This document shows positions 27,010 to 34,556 of a DNA stretch of 64,000 nt, one piece after another; within the stretch, counting starts at the first letter, position 1; each line of letters starts with the position of its first letter. Under the pieces are notes generated by a model. It had not been told where the DNA came from, ran no database searches, and saw nothing but the letters and a program-made list of their open reading frames with translations. The DNA is from Gemmatimonadales bacterium (GTDB taxonomy: Bacteria; Gemmatimonadota; Gemmatimonadetes; Gemmatimonadales; GWC2-71-9). The DNA is taken from assembly GCA_041615815.1 (NCBI GenBank), contig JBFJCP010000009.1, positions 1-64,000 of the forward strand, given 5' to 3'. A program made the translations under genes and the position numbers.

Positions 27010-28278
27010 GTGTCGCAGAGGAGCAACACCCAGCAAGTCTCAGCCCCTCCTTCTCTGGGAAGCGATGAGTTCGTGAGCCGCTCCCCCAGCGCCGGGGCAA
27101 CCGGTCTCCTGATCACCGCGGTCACGCTGACCATCATCGGGGTCGCGACGCTCGTGCCCAGCGGCGAGCCCCTCCAGGAGTGGACCTTCTGGTGCCTCTT
27201 CTGCGGCGATCAGGCCGTGGCCGATACCTTGGCCAACGTCCTCCTGTTCGCACCTCTGGGCGCCGGGTTGGCGCTGCGCGGGGTCTCGACGCGCCGCGCG
27301 TGGCTGGTGGGGACCGCCGTCTCGGTGGCCATCGAGCTGCTCCAGCTCGTCATTCCGGGACGGTGGGCTGCCTTGGGGGACGTAGTGTTCAACGGCGTCG
27401 GCGCTCTGGCCGGCGCCTACGTCGTCCTTCACGCGGCGCACGTGCTTCGGCCCCCGCCCGGCCGCGCGCCGTGGCTCTCCCTCGCTGCAGGGGTGACTGC
27501 CAGTGCGGTCATCACGGCAACCGCCCTGCTTTTGGCACCCGGCTTTCCCAACTCGACCTACTGGGGGCAATGGACGCCCCGGTTAGAGGGTCTCGAGGTG
27601 TACCAAGGCAAGGTGGTAGCGGCCCGGGTGGGGGAGATACCGGTGCCGTCGTTTCGATTGCCGAGTTCCGACTCGGTGCGGAGCCTGCTCCTGGGAGGTG
27701 CGGCGCTCGAGATCCTCGCGGTGGCCGGCCCACCCCCGTCGGGGTTGGCTTCGTTGGTCAGCATCGCGGACGACCGGAGCCGTCAGATCATGCTCGTGGG
27801 ACCGGACCGGGACGACCTCGTGTTCATCGTTCGAACCCGGGCCTCCGCCCTGACGCTCAGCCAGCCGTCGTTCCGGCTGAGGACGTGGCTGCAACAAGCG
27901 GCACCAGGCGACACGCTCCACCTGCGCATCCGTCGTGACGGACCCAACTTCTGCATCACGTTGAACGGGCGATCACGCTGCGACCTCGGGTTTACCGCCG
28001 GCCGTGGTTGGTCCGTGATCCACAGCTTGGAGGCGTTTCCGTGGCTGGATCCCGCCCCCGTGGGTGTCTTCTGGCTGGCGGTGATCGTCCTCCCGTTTGG
28101 CATCTGGGCCCGGCTGCACCCCGCCACCATCGTGGGAGCAGCGGCAATCGTGTTTGGCCTTGGAGCCGTTCCGACGCTGTTCGGTACGCTCGTCGCCACA
28201 CCACCCGCGCAATGGTTCGGGGCTGGGGCGGGGATACTGGCAGGGATCGGCGCGCGCCGACGGCTTGGAAGGTTGTGA
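27010..28278 (+). CDS. VanZ family membrane protein with extended C-terminal region
   Basis: DTLANVLLFAPLG, IELLQ..IPGR....DV..N..G VanZ motifs. Confidence 0.8.
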   Translation: MSQRSNTQQVSAPPSLGSDEFVSRSPSAGATGLLITAVTLTIIGVATLVPSGEPLQEWTFWCLFCGDQAVADTLANVLLFAPLGAGLALRGVSTRRAWLVGTAVSVAIELLQLVIPGRWAALGDVVFNGVGALAGAYVVLHAAHVLRPPPGRAPWLSLAAGVTASAVITATALLLAPGFPNSTYWGQWTPRLEGLEVYQGKVVAARVGEIPVPSFRLPSSDSVRSLLLGGAALEILAVAGPPPSGLASLVSIADDRSRQIMLVGPDRDDLVFIVRTRASALTLSQPSFRLRTWLQQAAPGDTLHLRIRRDGPNFCITLNGRSRCDLGFTAGRGWSVIHSLEAFPWLDPAPVGVFWLAVIVLPFGIWARLHPATIVGAAAIVFGLGAVPTLFGTLVATPPAQWFGAGAGILAGIGARRRLGRL

Positions 28279-28385
28279 CGCGGATCACCTGTGGAATTGA
28301 TGCGTGGGTGTTGGTCGTTGAGCGTGGGTTGAGCGGTCGGCGATACTTTGAGGGCAGTTGCTTGACCCCAACACACGGAGGCCCC

Positions 28386-28466
28386 ATGAAGCGCGGATAC
28401 TTGCTCATGACCCTGTACATACTGTTCGTGTCCGCCGTCGCCGCCGGTGCACGGCAGCAGGCATAA
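28386..28466 (+). CDS. Putative 26-aa hydrophobic small protein
   Basis: GGAGG RBS before ATG; MKRGYLLMTLYILFVSAVAAGARQQA; downstream terminator. Confidence 0.45.
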   Translation: MKRGYLLMTLYILFVSAVAAGARQQA

Positions 28467-28535
28467 ACCGATGTGGGAATGCTGAGCTCTCGGACGGCGC
28501 CCTGTCCGACAACGGTTCGTCGGCGCTCCCATACC

Positions 28536-28564
28536 AACGCCCGGTCGCAACGACCGGGCGTTTT
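28536..28564 (+). terminator. Rho-independent terminator (possibly bidirectional)
   Basis: AACGCCCGGTCG-caa-CGACCGGGCGTT-TT perfect 12-bp stem between convergent units. Confidence 0.75.
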
Positions 28565-28601
28565 CATGATGCAGTGTGGATGAGGGGTCTGCGCGCCGCC
28601 G

Positions 28602-28760
28602 CTAGAAGATGGTGTAGATGAACGGCGCCAGGGCCGACCCTTGTGCCAGTACCAGTAGCGACCCCACGAACACCATCACAATGATGATGGGGAGGAGCCA
28701 CCATTTCTTGCGTGTTCTGAGAAAACCCCAGAATTCGCGTATGAGACTGCCCGCTGCCAT
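28602..28760 (-). CDS. DUF5989 / SxtK-like small membrane protein
   Basis: Below the ORF-track cutoff; MAAGSLIREFWGFLRTRKKWWLLPIIIVMVFVGSLLVLAQGSALAPFIYTIF. Confidence 0.9.
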   Translation of the reverse strand: MAAGSLIREFWGFLRTRKKWWLLPIIIVMVFVGSLLVLAQGSALAPFIYTIF

Positions 28761-28793
28761 ACCGTCTTCCCGTCCTGACCTAAGTTGTCTGTT

Positions 28794-28830
28794 CCCGCCT
28801 TAGCCGCCTATCCCGCCTATCCCGCCTATC
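28794..28830. repeat. 9-bp tandem repeat (CCCGCCTAT, about 4 units)
   Basis: cccgcctta-gccgcctat-cccgcctat-cccgcctat between the sxtJ-like and sxtK-like genes. Confidence 0.7.
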
Positions 28831-29233
28831 AATATTGATGCTCCATCCCTCCCGTCGGCACTTTGTCATCACTACGGTTCGCCCAGAGGCTTGACCCCGT
28901 TTTCCGCGCCAACGGATTGCGACCAACGAGACGCATGATCACTCCAATAGGGGTGATCACGAGATAGTACACGATCCCCATGATGATCGGTGTCGTGATC
29001 TTCGAGATTCTGAGGGCCATCGCCATCCAGGCGCGCTCCACCGGCCCTAGTTTGGTTGGAACAACGAGGCCCGCGAGGACGAGCAACGATCCCACGGTCC
29101 CCGTGCCGGCTGCGAGGAGCGCCCGCTCACGCCACACCAAGAGCGCTGTGAGCGCTAGGAAGGCAACGCCCACGGTCAGCCCGAACTTGCGCCCCTGTGC
29201 TTTGGTCAATCCAGCACGAACTCTTTCCGCCAA
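28829..29233 (-). CDS. SxtJ family membrane protein
   Basis: RKFGLTVG, WMAMA..IS.I.TPII.GIVYY.VITPIG..MRL.G.NPL, EHQY; TTG start overlapping the carbamoyltransferase end. Confidence 0.88.
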   Translation of the reverse strand: MAERVRAGLTKAQGRKFGLTVGVAFLALTALLVWRERALLAAGTGTVGSLLVLAGLVVPTKLGPVERAWMAMALRISKITTPIIMGIVYYLVITPIGVIMRLVGRNPLARKTGSSLWANRSDDKVPTGGMEHQY

Positions 29234-31035
29234 TCTCCCTCCTCGGTCCACTCGGGCTGCTCCGTCTTGTCCAGCAGGAACGGCCCCAACACCAAGTAAT
29301 CGATATGGGTGCGCATGAAGCACCGATACGCATCTTCCGGAGTGCACACGATCGGCTCTCCGCGGACGTTGAACGACGTGTTTACCACGACCGGACAGCC
29401 GGTGAGGCATTCGAACTGCTTGATGAGATCGTAGTAATCCGGGTTCGTCTCTCGACTGACGGTCTGCACTCGTGCCGAATAATCGATGTGGGTCACGGCT
29501 GGAATGTCGGAGCGCGGTACGTTGAGCTTGTCGATGCCCCACAGTTGCTCCTGGTCGAACGTCATGGGGATTCGTCGCTCTTTCTTCACCGGTGCTACCA
29601 ACAACATGTAAGGCGATTCGCAGTCGATCTCGAAGTAGTCGCTGACCCGATCCTGCAAGACGCTGGGCGCAAAGGGGCGAAAGCTCTCGCGGAACTTGAT
29701 CTTCAGGTTGACCTGCGTCTGCATCTTTGGACTACGGGCGTCGGCGAGGATGCTGCGAGATCCGAGCGCCCGCGGACCAAATTCCATCCGGCCATTGAAC
29801 CATCCCACCACCTGCTCCTCCGAGAGGAGACGCGCCGCCGTTGCTAGCAGGTCGGTGCGCTCCAGTCGGCGATACTTCGCGCCCACGGACTTCAGATACT
29901 GCTCGATCTGCTCTGGGGTAAACGCCGGACCCAGATACGAGCCTTTCATGGCATCGGTGGTGCGGACGACCCGGGGACGCTTCATGAATCGATGCCAGAT
30001 GAGCTGGGCGATTCCCAGGGCACCACCGGCATCCCCAGCAGCGGGCTGGATCCAAATCCGCTCGAAGGGCCCTTCGCGCAAGATCCGCCCGTTCCCCACA
30101 CAGTTGAGCGCCACACCACCAGCCAAACAGAGGTTCGCAAGACCCGTTTCGCGGTGCACCGTGCGCGCCATGCGCAACATGATCTCTTCGCAGACCTCCT
30201 GAACGGAGCGGGCCAAATCCATCTCTCGCTGGGTGAGCTTTGATTCGGGCACGCGGGGTGGTCCGCCAAACAGCTTGTCGAACGCACCATTCGTCATGGT
30301 GAGTCCGGTCAAGTAGTTGAAGTACTGCTGATTCAGCGTGAATGATCCATCGTCCCGCAGGTCCACCAACTCGGTGAGAATCGTATCCACGTATTTGGGT
30401 TGGCCGTACGGCGCCAGCCCCATCACCTTGTATTCCCCCGAATTCACCTTGAATCCGGTGAAATACGTGAATGCCGAATACAGCAGTCCTAAGGAGTCAG
30501 GCCAGCGGATCTCCTTGAAGAGCGTCAGCTCGGAGCCACGACCCACTCCAAAGGAAGCGGTTGCCCACTCTCCCACGCCGTCCATGGTGAGGATTCCCGA
30601 CTCTTCGAACGGCGACGCGAAGAAGGCGCTGGCCGCATGCGACTCGTGGTGCTCGGCGTACAGGATCTTTCCCTCGTAGCCGAGTCCGTCTCGGATCTGC
30701 TTCTCCATATGAAGCTTGTCTTTGATCCAGAGCGGTCCAGCCTTCAAGAACGACCGGAAGCCCCGCGGCGCGACGCCCACATAGGTCTCGAGAATCCGCT
30801 CGAATTTTAGAAGCGGCTTGTCGTAGAATCCGACATATGCGAGATCCTGCGCGGTGATGTTGGCCGCCTTCAGACAAAACGCGATGGCGTGTTCTGGAAA
30901 GGATGCGTCGCCCTTCTGCCGCGTGAACCGCTCCTCTTGCGCGGCCGCCACGATCTCGCCGTCACGTAAGAGCGCGGCGGCACTATCGTGATAAAACGCG
31001 GAGATCCCCAGGATGTACTGCGGTGTCGTGCTCAA
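29206..31035 (-). CDS. O-carbamoyltransferase (NodU/CmcH/SxtI family)
   Basis: ILGISAFYHDSAA, EERFTR.K, EHHESHAAS, GEYKVMGLAPYG, GGVALNC, EFGPRALG.RS, KFRESFRPFAP, NTSFNVRGEP. Confidence 0.96.
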   Translation of the reverse strand: MSTTPQYILGISAFYHDSAAALLRDGEIVAAAQEERFTRQKGDASFPEHAIAFCLKAANITAQDLAYVGFYDKPLLKFERILETYVGVAPRGFRSFLKAGPLWIKDKLHMEKQIRDGLGYEGKILYAEHHESHAASAFFASPFEESGILTMDGVGEWATASFGVGRGSELTLFKEIRWPDSLGLLYSAFTYFTGFKVNSGEYKVMGLAPYGQPKYVDTILTELVDLRDDGSFTLNQQYFNYLTGLTMTNGAFDKLFGGPPRVPESKLTQREMDLARSVQEVCEEIMLRMARTVHRETGLANLCLAGGVALNCVGNGRILREGPFERIWIQPAAGDAGGALGIAQLIWHRFMKRPRVVRTTDAMKGSYLGPAFTPEQIEQYLKSVGAKYRRLERTDLLATAARLLSEEQVVGWFNGRMEFGPRALGSRSILADARSPKMQTQVNLKIKFRESFRPFAPSVLQDRVSDYFEIDCESPYMLLVAPVKKERRIPMTFDQEQLWGIDKLNVPRSDIPAVTHIDYSARVQTVSRETNPDYYDLIKQFECLTGCPVVVNTSFNVRGEPIVCTPEDAYRCFMRTHIDYLVLGPFLLDKTEQPEWTEEGDWRKEFVLD

Positions 31036-31153
31036 CGACGCCCCTTCTGCTACGAGTGTGGCCAGCAATGCTGTGCTTCGGTCCCGCTCGTCAAACCGTT
31101 CCTCGCGACGATCGACGATCGGGCCCGACATGCTCCCGACACGTTGCGGGAGT

Positions 31154-31169
31154 GGCAACGGTCATACCC
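31154..31169 (-). promoter_or_regulatory. Candidate sigma54 promoter for the carbamoyltransferase cassette
   Basis: Minus strand GGGTATGACCGTTGCC (GG-N10-GC). Confidence 0.45.
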
Positions 31170-31250
31170 GGCCTCGTAAACTACAGAAGTCACGGTGAGT
31201 CAAAAAGTTACCGATCGGTGGGAGACGGCGGTAGCTCGACGGACCGCGGA

Positions 31251-32108
31251 TCAATGTTGCGAGGGTGCTACAACCGGCTCTTCGGCAAGAACGCCGCCGC
31301 GGCTCGGTCCTGGCGTGATGGGACCCTGCAGCATGGCATCGAAGCCGAAATGGTACGGTGACACGAACCACGGAGAGACCGCCATGCGCTCGAGATAGAA
31401 CGGGTCCGCTCGCCCCACGATCGTCCCGCCATAGGCTGAGAAACAACAGGAAAAACCGGCCTCCCGCACCAGCTGGCGATTGTCTTCGGTCATCTGATTC
31501 TTGCGACCAAATGGATAGCTGAACATCGACACGGAACCGCCGATCTCCTGCTCGAGACGTACCTTGGACCCGCGAATCTCGTCCCGCGCCTCGTCCCCTG
31601 ACACCTTCCCGAGGTCGAGATGGTTCTTCGTGTGCGCCCCAAGCTCGAATCCCTGGCGTTTGAGCGCGCGCACCTCGTCCCAACCCATCCAGCGCGACCG
31701 CACTCCATTGTCCACATCCCAGGGAGCCTGCCGATCGGTATCCATGAACTCGGTCACGATAAAGAAGCAGGCAGGGAGACGACGGGCCAACAAGTCTCGC
31801 GCGGCAAGCTCATAGTTGTCTTCGTAACCGTCGTCAAAGGTGATCGCGAGGTGTCGCGACACATCTTCGCCTTTCGAGACCTTTCGCACGAGCTCACTCA
31901 ACGAGACCACTACGAAATGCCGCCTGAAGAAGTCGCAGTACTGCTGAAACTCCCGCCGGGAACACGTAATGGGATCTCCCCGCCGAGCGATGCGATCGTC
32001 GACGCGATGGAAAAGGACGACCATGGCCTTTTTGCGAAAGAACAACCGGTACACCCCCGTCCAATAGACGAGCATGCCCGCGATTGCCTTGACCTTCCGC
32101 TTGAACAC
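31251..32108 (-). CDS. NodB-type polysaccharide deacetylase
   Basis: LFHRV, ITFDDGY, GAHTKNH, FSYPFG. Confidence 0.9.
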   Translation of the reverse strand: MFKRKVKAIAGMLVYWTGVYRLFFRKKAMVVLFHRVDDRIARRGDPITCSRREFQQYCDFFRRHFVVVSLSELVRKVSKGEDVSRHLAITFDDGYEDNYELAARDLLARRLPACFFIVTEFMDTDRQAPWDVDNGVRSRWMGWDEVRALKRQGFELGAHTKNHLDLGKVSGDEARDEIRGSKVRLEQEIGGSVSMFSYPFGRKNQMTEDNRQLVREAGFSCCFSAYGGTIVGRADPFYLERMAVSPWFVSPYHFGFDAMLQGPITPGPSRGGVLAEEPVVAPSQH

Positions 32109-32110
32109 CG

Positions 32111-33115
32111 TTAATGCCCCCGTCCATTGCCGGTGGACCGGTCCCACAGTAACCGTAAGCGATCCAACGAGAGTCCGTGGACCATCATCTTCCAGGCCAA
32201 GGGGTCGTGATCGCCCCCAATGTCGATCCGCTTGAGCCGATACCGGTCCGCCGGAGGAAAGTTCTCACCGCCAAAGTTCGAGAAGCATGCGACGTATCCG
32301 AGCTCTTTGGCGGTACGGATGTTGTCGTCTGTGTAGTCCCGCGTGCCCCCAAACGGGAACGCCATCGGAATCTCGTCACGCCCCAACCAGGCCTGCAACG
32401 TCCGCAGGGGTTTCTCCAGCTCCGCGTGAGCCTCCGATTGCTGGCAGGCAGAGAGCCGGGCGTGGGTCTCGCTATGCGCCCCGACGGTCCAACCCGTCAT
32501 GCAGAGTCGTTGCACTTCATTCCACCCCATGACCTCCAGGGAGGCCCGTGCCGGATTCGTCTCGTCGTGGACGAATCGCTCGTCGGTTCCCACGAGCCCC
32601 GTGGTGACGAAGCAGGAGCCAGCCACACCGCGCTCCGTCATGATCGGGAAGGCATGCTCGAAGACGCTGCGGTAGCCGTCATCGAAGGTGATCACTGCCA
32701 CTGGGCGCTCCAGACGGATTCTACTCTCGAGCAGCTCCAGAGCCTCTTCGAGCGTCACCACCTGATGCGTCTCGAGCAGATAATCGAGCTGACGCCCGAA
32801 CAGCTCGGTGTTCACCGTCATCCCGTCGCGACACACATCGGTCACCCGATGAAAGGTGAACACCCGGACCGGGTGGCGCTTGCGAACAGTGCGCAGCGCA
32901 TCCCGCACCGGCCGCCACGCATACAGCAGGAATGCCCGGGCAATCTGGCGAACCAGGTGCCTCACTCCGGGCCGCGTCGCAGCCGTGCCCCGATTGTTGT
33001 TGCTGCAAGGCGCCACTCGGCGTACCTGTTGCACCGTCGCGTCGGTCGTCACTCCGGACTCCTTCCTCGACGTGTCAGCCCCAGCTGGAGCCGACGGGGG
33101 TTTTGGATCGCGCAT
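32111..33115 (-). CDS. NodB-type polysaccharide deacetylase
   Basis: TFHRV, ITFDDGY, GAHSETH, AFPFG; start uncertain. Confidence 0.88.
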   Translation of the reverse strand: MRDPKPPSAPAGADTSRKESGVTTDATVQQVRRVAPCSNNNRGTAATRPGVRHLVRQIARAFLLYAWRPVRDALRTVRKRHPVRVFTFHRVTDVCRDGMTVNTELFGRQLDYLLETHQVVTLEEALELLESRIRLERPVAVITFDDGYRSVFEHAFPIMTERGVAGSCFVTTGLVGTDERFVHDETNPARASLEVMGWNEVQRLCMTGWTVGAHSETHARLSACQQSEAHAELEKPLRTLQAWLGRDEIPMAFPFGGTRDYTDDNIRTAKELGYVACFSNFGGENFPPADRYRLKRIDIGGDHDPLAWKMMVHGLSLDRLRLLWDRSTGNGRGH

Positions 33116-33118
33116 CCC

Positions 33119-34309
33119 TCAGGCCGATGCAGCCGCGCGCCCCGCCATCCCCCGAGGGTTTGCTGGGGGATCGAGCAGCGAACGGTACAGATCCTGATAA
33201 CGGGCTCCCACCCGTCCAATGTCAAAGTCGGCCACGCAGCGCTCCCGGCCAGCCCGACCCATGGCTCGGCGAAGCTCTCGGTCCCGGAGTAACCGCACCA
33301 CCCGTTCCACGAAGCTGGGAACGTCCTTCGGCGGGACCAGAAAACCCGTCACACCGTCCACGACGACTTCGCGGTTCCCCCCGACATCCGTCGCGACCAC
33401 CGGGAGACCATGACCGAGTGACTCCAGGAGGGTGATGGAGAGACCTTCCGACAGCGACGTGAGCACCGAAATGTCCATCGCGTCGTAGTAGCGACTGATC
33501 TCCTGCTGGTGACCGGCGAACCGCATCCAAGCGCTCACGCCCCGGTCCTCCGCAAGACGCTCGAATTCTTCTCGATATCTGCCCCCACCCAAGATCAAGA
33601 ACCGGGCCGACGGTACCTGTTCGCGAATGGCCGGCGCTGCTTCGATAAAATACTCGACACCCTTGATCCGCCGATTGAGATTGGAGACCATCCCCACGAT
33701 GAGCTCCTCCGACCCGAATCCCAGTTCCTGCCGCACGCCCGCCGCTGAGCCTCCCGGCGCCACCGTCTCAACACCGTTTCGAATGGTCAGCGCTCGCTCG
33801 GGTGAAAGGCCCTCGCGCTCCTCAACCACCCGCCGCACGGCATCCGCCACGCAGACAACCCGGTCCGGCACGTGCCGCGTGGCTCGTAGCAACCGGTACT
33901 CGGCCCGGCCCCAGCTGAATCCCAGATCTTCTCGATTCTCCACCAGATGCTCGATCGCGCCCAACCGCTTGAGGATCCGCCCATAAACAACGGGCCAAAA
34001 GAAGTACGTATGCACCACGTCGGGCACAAACCGCCGCACCGCGCGCCGCACCCGCCAGAGGGCGCGCAGCTGGGCAAGGGGGAAATGATGCAACAGCCCA
34101 CCCGCCGGCACGAACTCGACGGGGTACTCCGGGAGCGGCACGTTGTACCGACGCCCGAAGCATAACAATTCCGCTCGAACCAACGCGGAATCCCAGCGAC
34201 CCAGCATCTTGACCAGATGCGCGCCGGTACCGCCGCCGAGATCCTCGGTGACGAAGAGGACCTTGATGGAATCCGAAGCGGGCGCTGACGATCGGCGGGT
34301 CGATGGCAT
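33119..34309 (-). CDS. GT4 glycosyltransferase
   Basis: GGGTG, IRNGV, KG, SLSEGLS..LLES...GLPVVATDVGG.RE; start uncertain. Confidence 0.92.
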   Translation of the reverse strand: MPSTRRSSAPASDSIKVLFVTEDLGGGTGAHLVKMLGRWDSALVRAELLCFGRRYNVPLPEYPVEFVPAGGLLHHFPLAQLRALWRVRRAVRRFVPDVVHTYFFWPVVYGRILKRLGAIEHLVENREDLGFSWGRAEYRLLRATRHVPDRVVCVADAVRRVVEEREGLSPERALTIRNGVETVAPGGSAAGVRQELGFGSEELIVGMVSNLNRRIKGVEYFIEAAPAIREQVPSARFLILGGGRYREEFERLAEDRGVSAWMRFAGHQQEISRYYDAMDISVLTSLSEGLSITLLESLGHGLPVVATDVGGNREVVVDGVTGFLVPPKDVPSFVERVVRLLRDRELRRAMGRAGRERCVADFDIGRVGARYQDLYRSLLDPPANPRGMAGRAAASA

Positions 34310-34344
34310 CACGGCTGGTACCCGGGACATCACGGGTCGGCGGT

Positions 34345-34360
34345 TGCAAGGGACGTACCC
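34345..34360 (-). promoter_or_regulatory. Candidate sigma54 promoter for the GT4-deacetylase operon
   Basis: Minus strand GGGTACGTCCCTTGCA, near consensus. Confidence 0.6.
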
Positions 34361-34556
34361 CGCGCGACCTCAGTCAGACGGGGGTTGTTGGATCAAAGCA
34401 ACACGCAATCCCCGCTTTCGGAAGGGTCTCGCCAGCCAGTTACGCGTTCACGCACCTTGCCACGCGGACCCTGGAGCGCCTACCCCTAGCACGTGTCTTG
34501 CTGTCGTATCAACGGATCGTTCGGACCGATGTCAACACTCAACCGAGTGCCGTCTC

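Noticed and set aside
28602..31035. Saxitoxin biosynthesis
   Set aside because: No sxtA, sxtG or other core sxt genes; the I/J/K-like cassette occurs widely outside toxin clusters.
34487..34502. TAGCACGTGTCTTGCT as a sigma54 promoter for the 34557 gene
   Set aside because: Otherwise near consensus but lacks the invariant GG at -24, so it is not listed as a feature.
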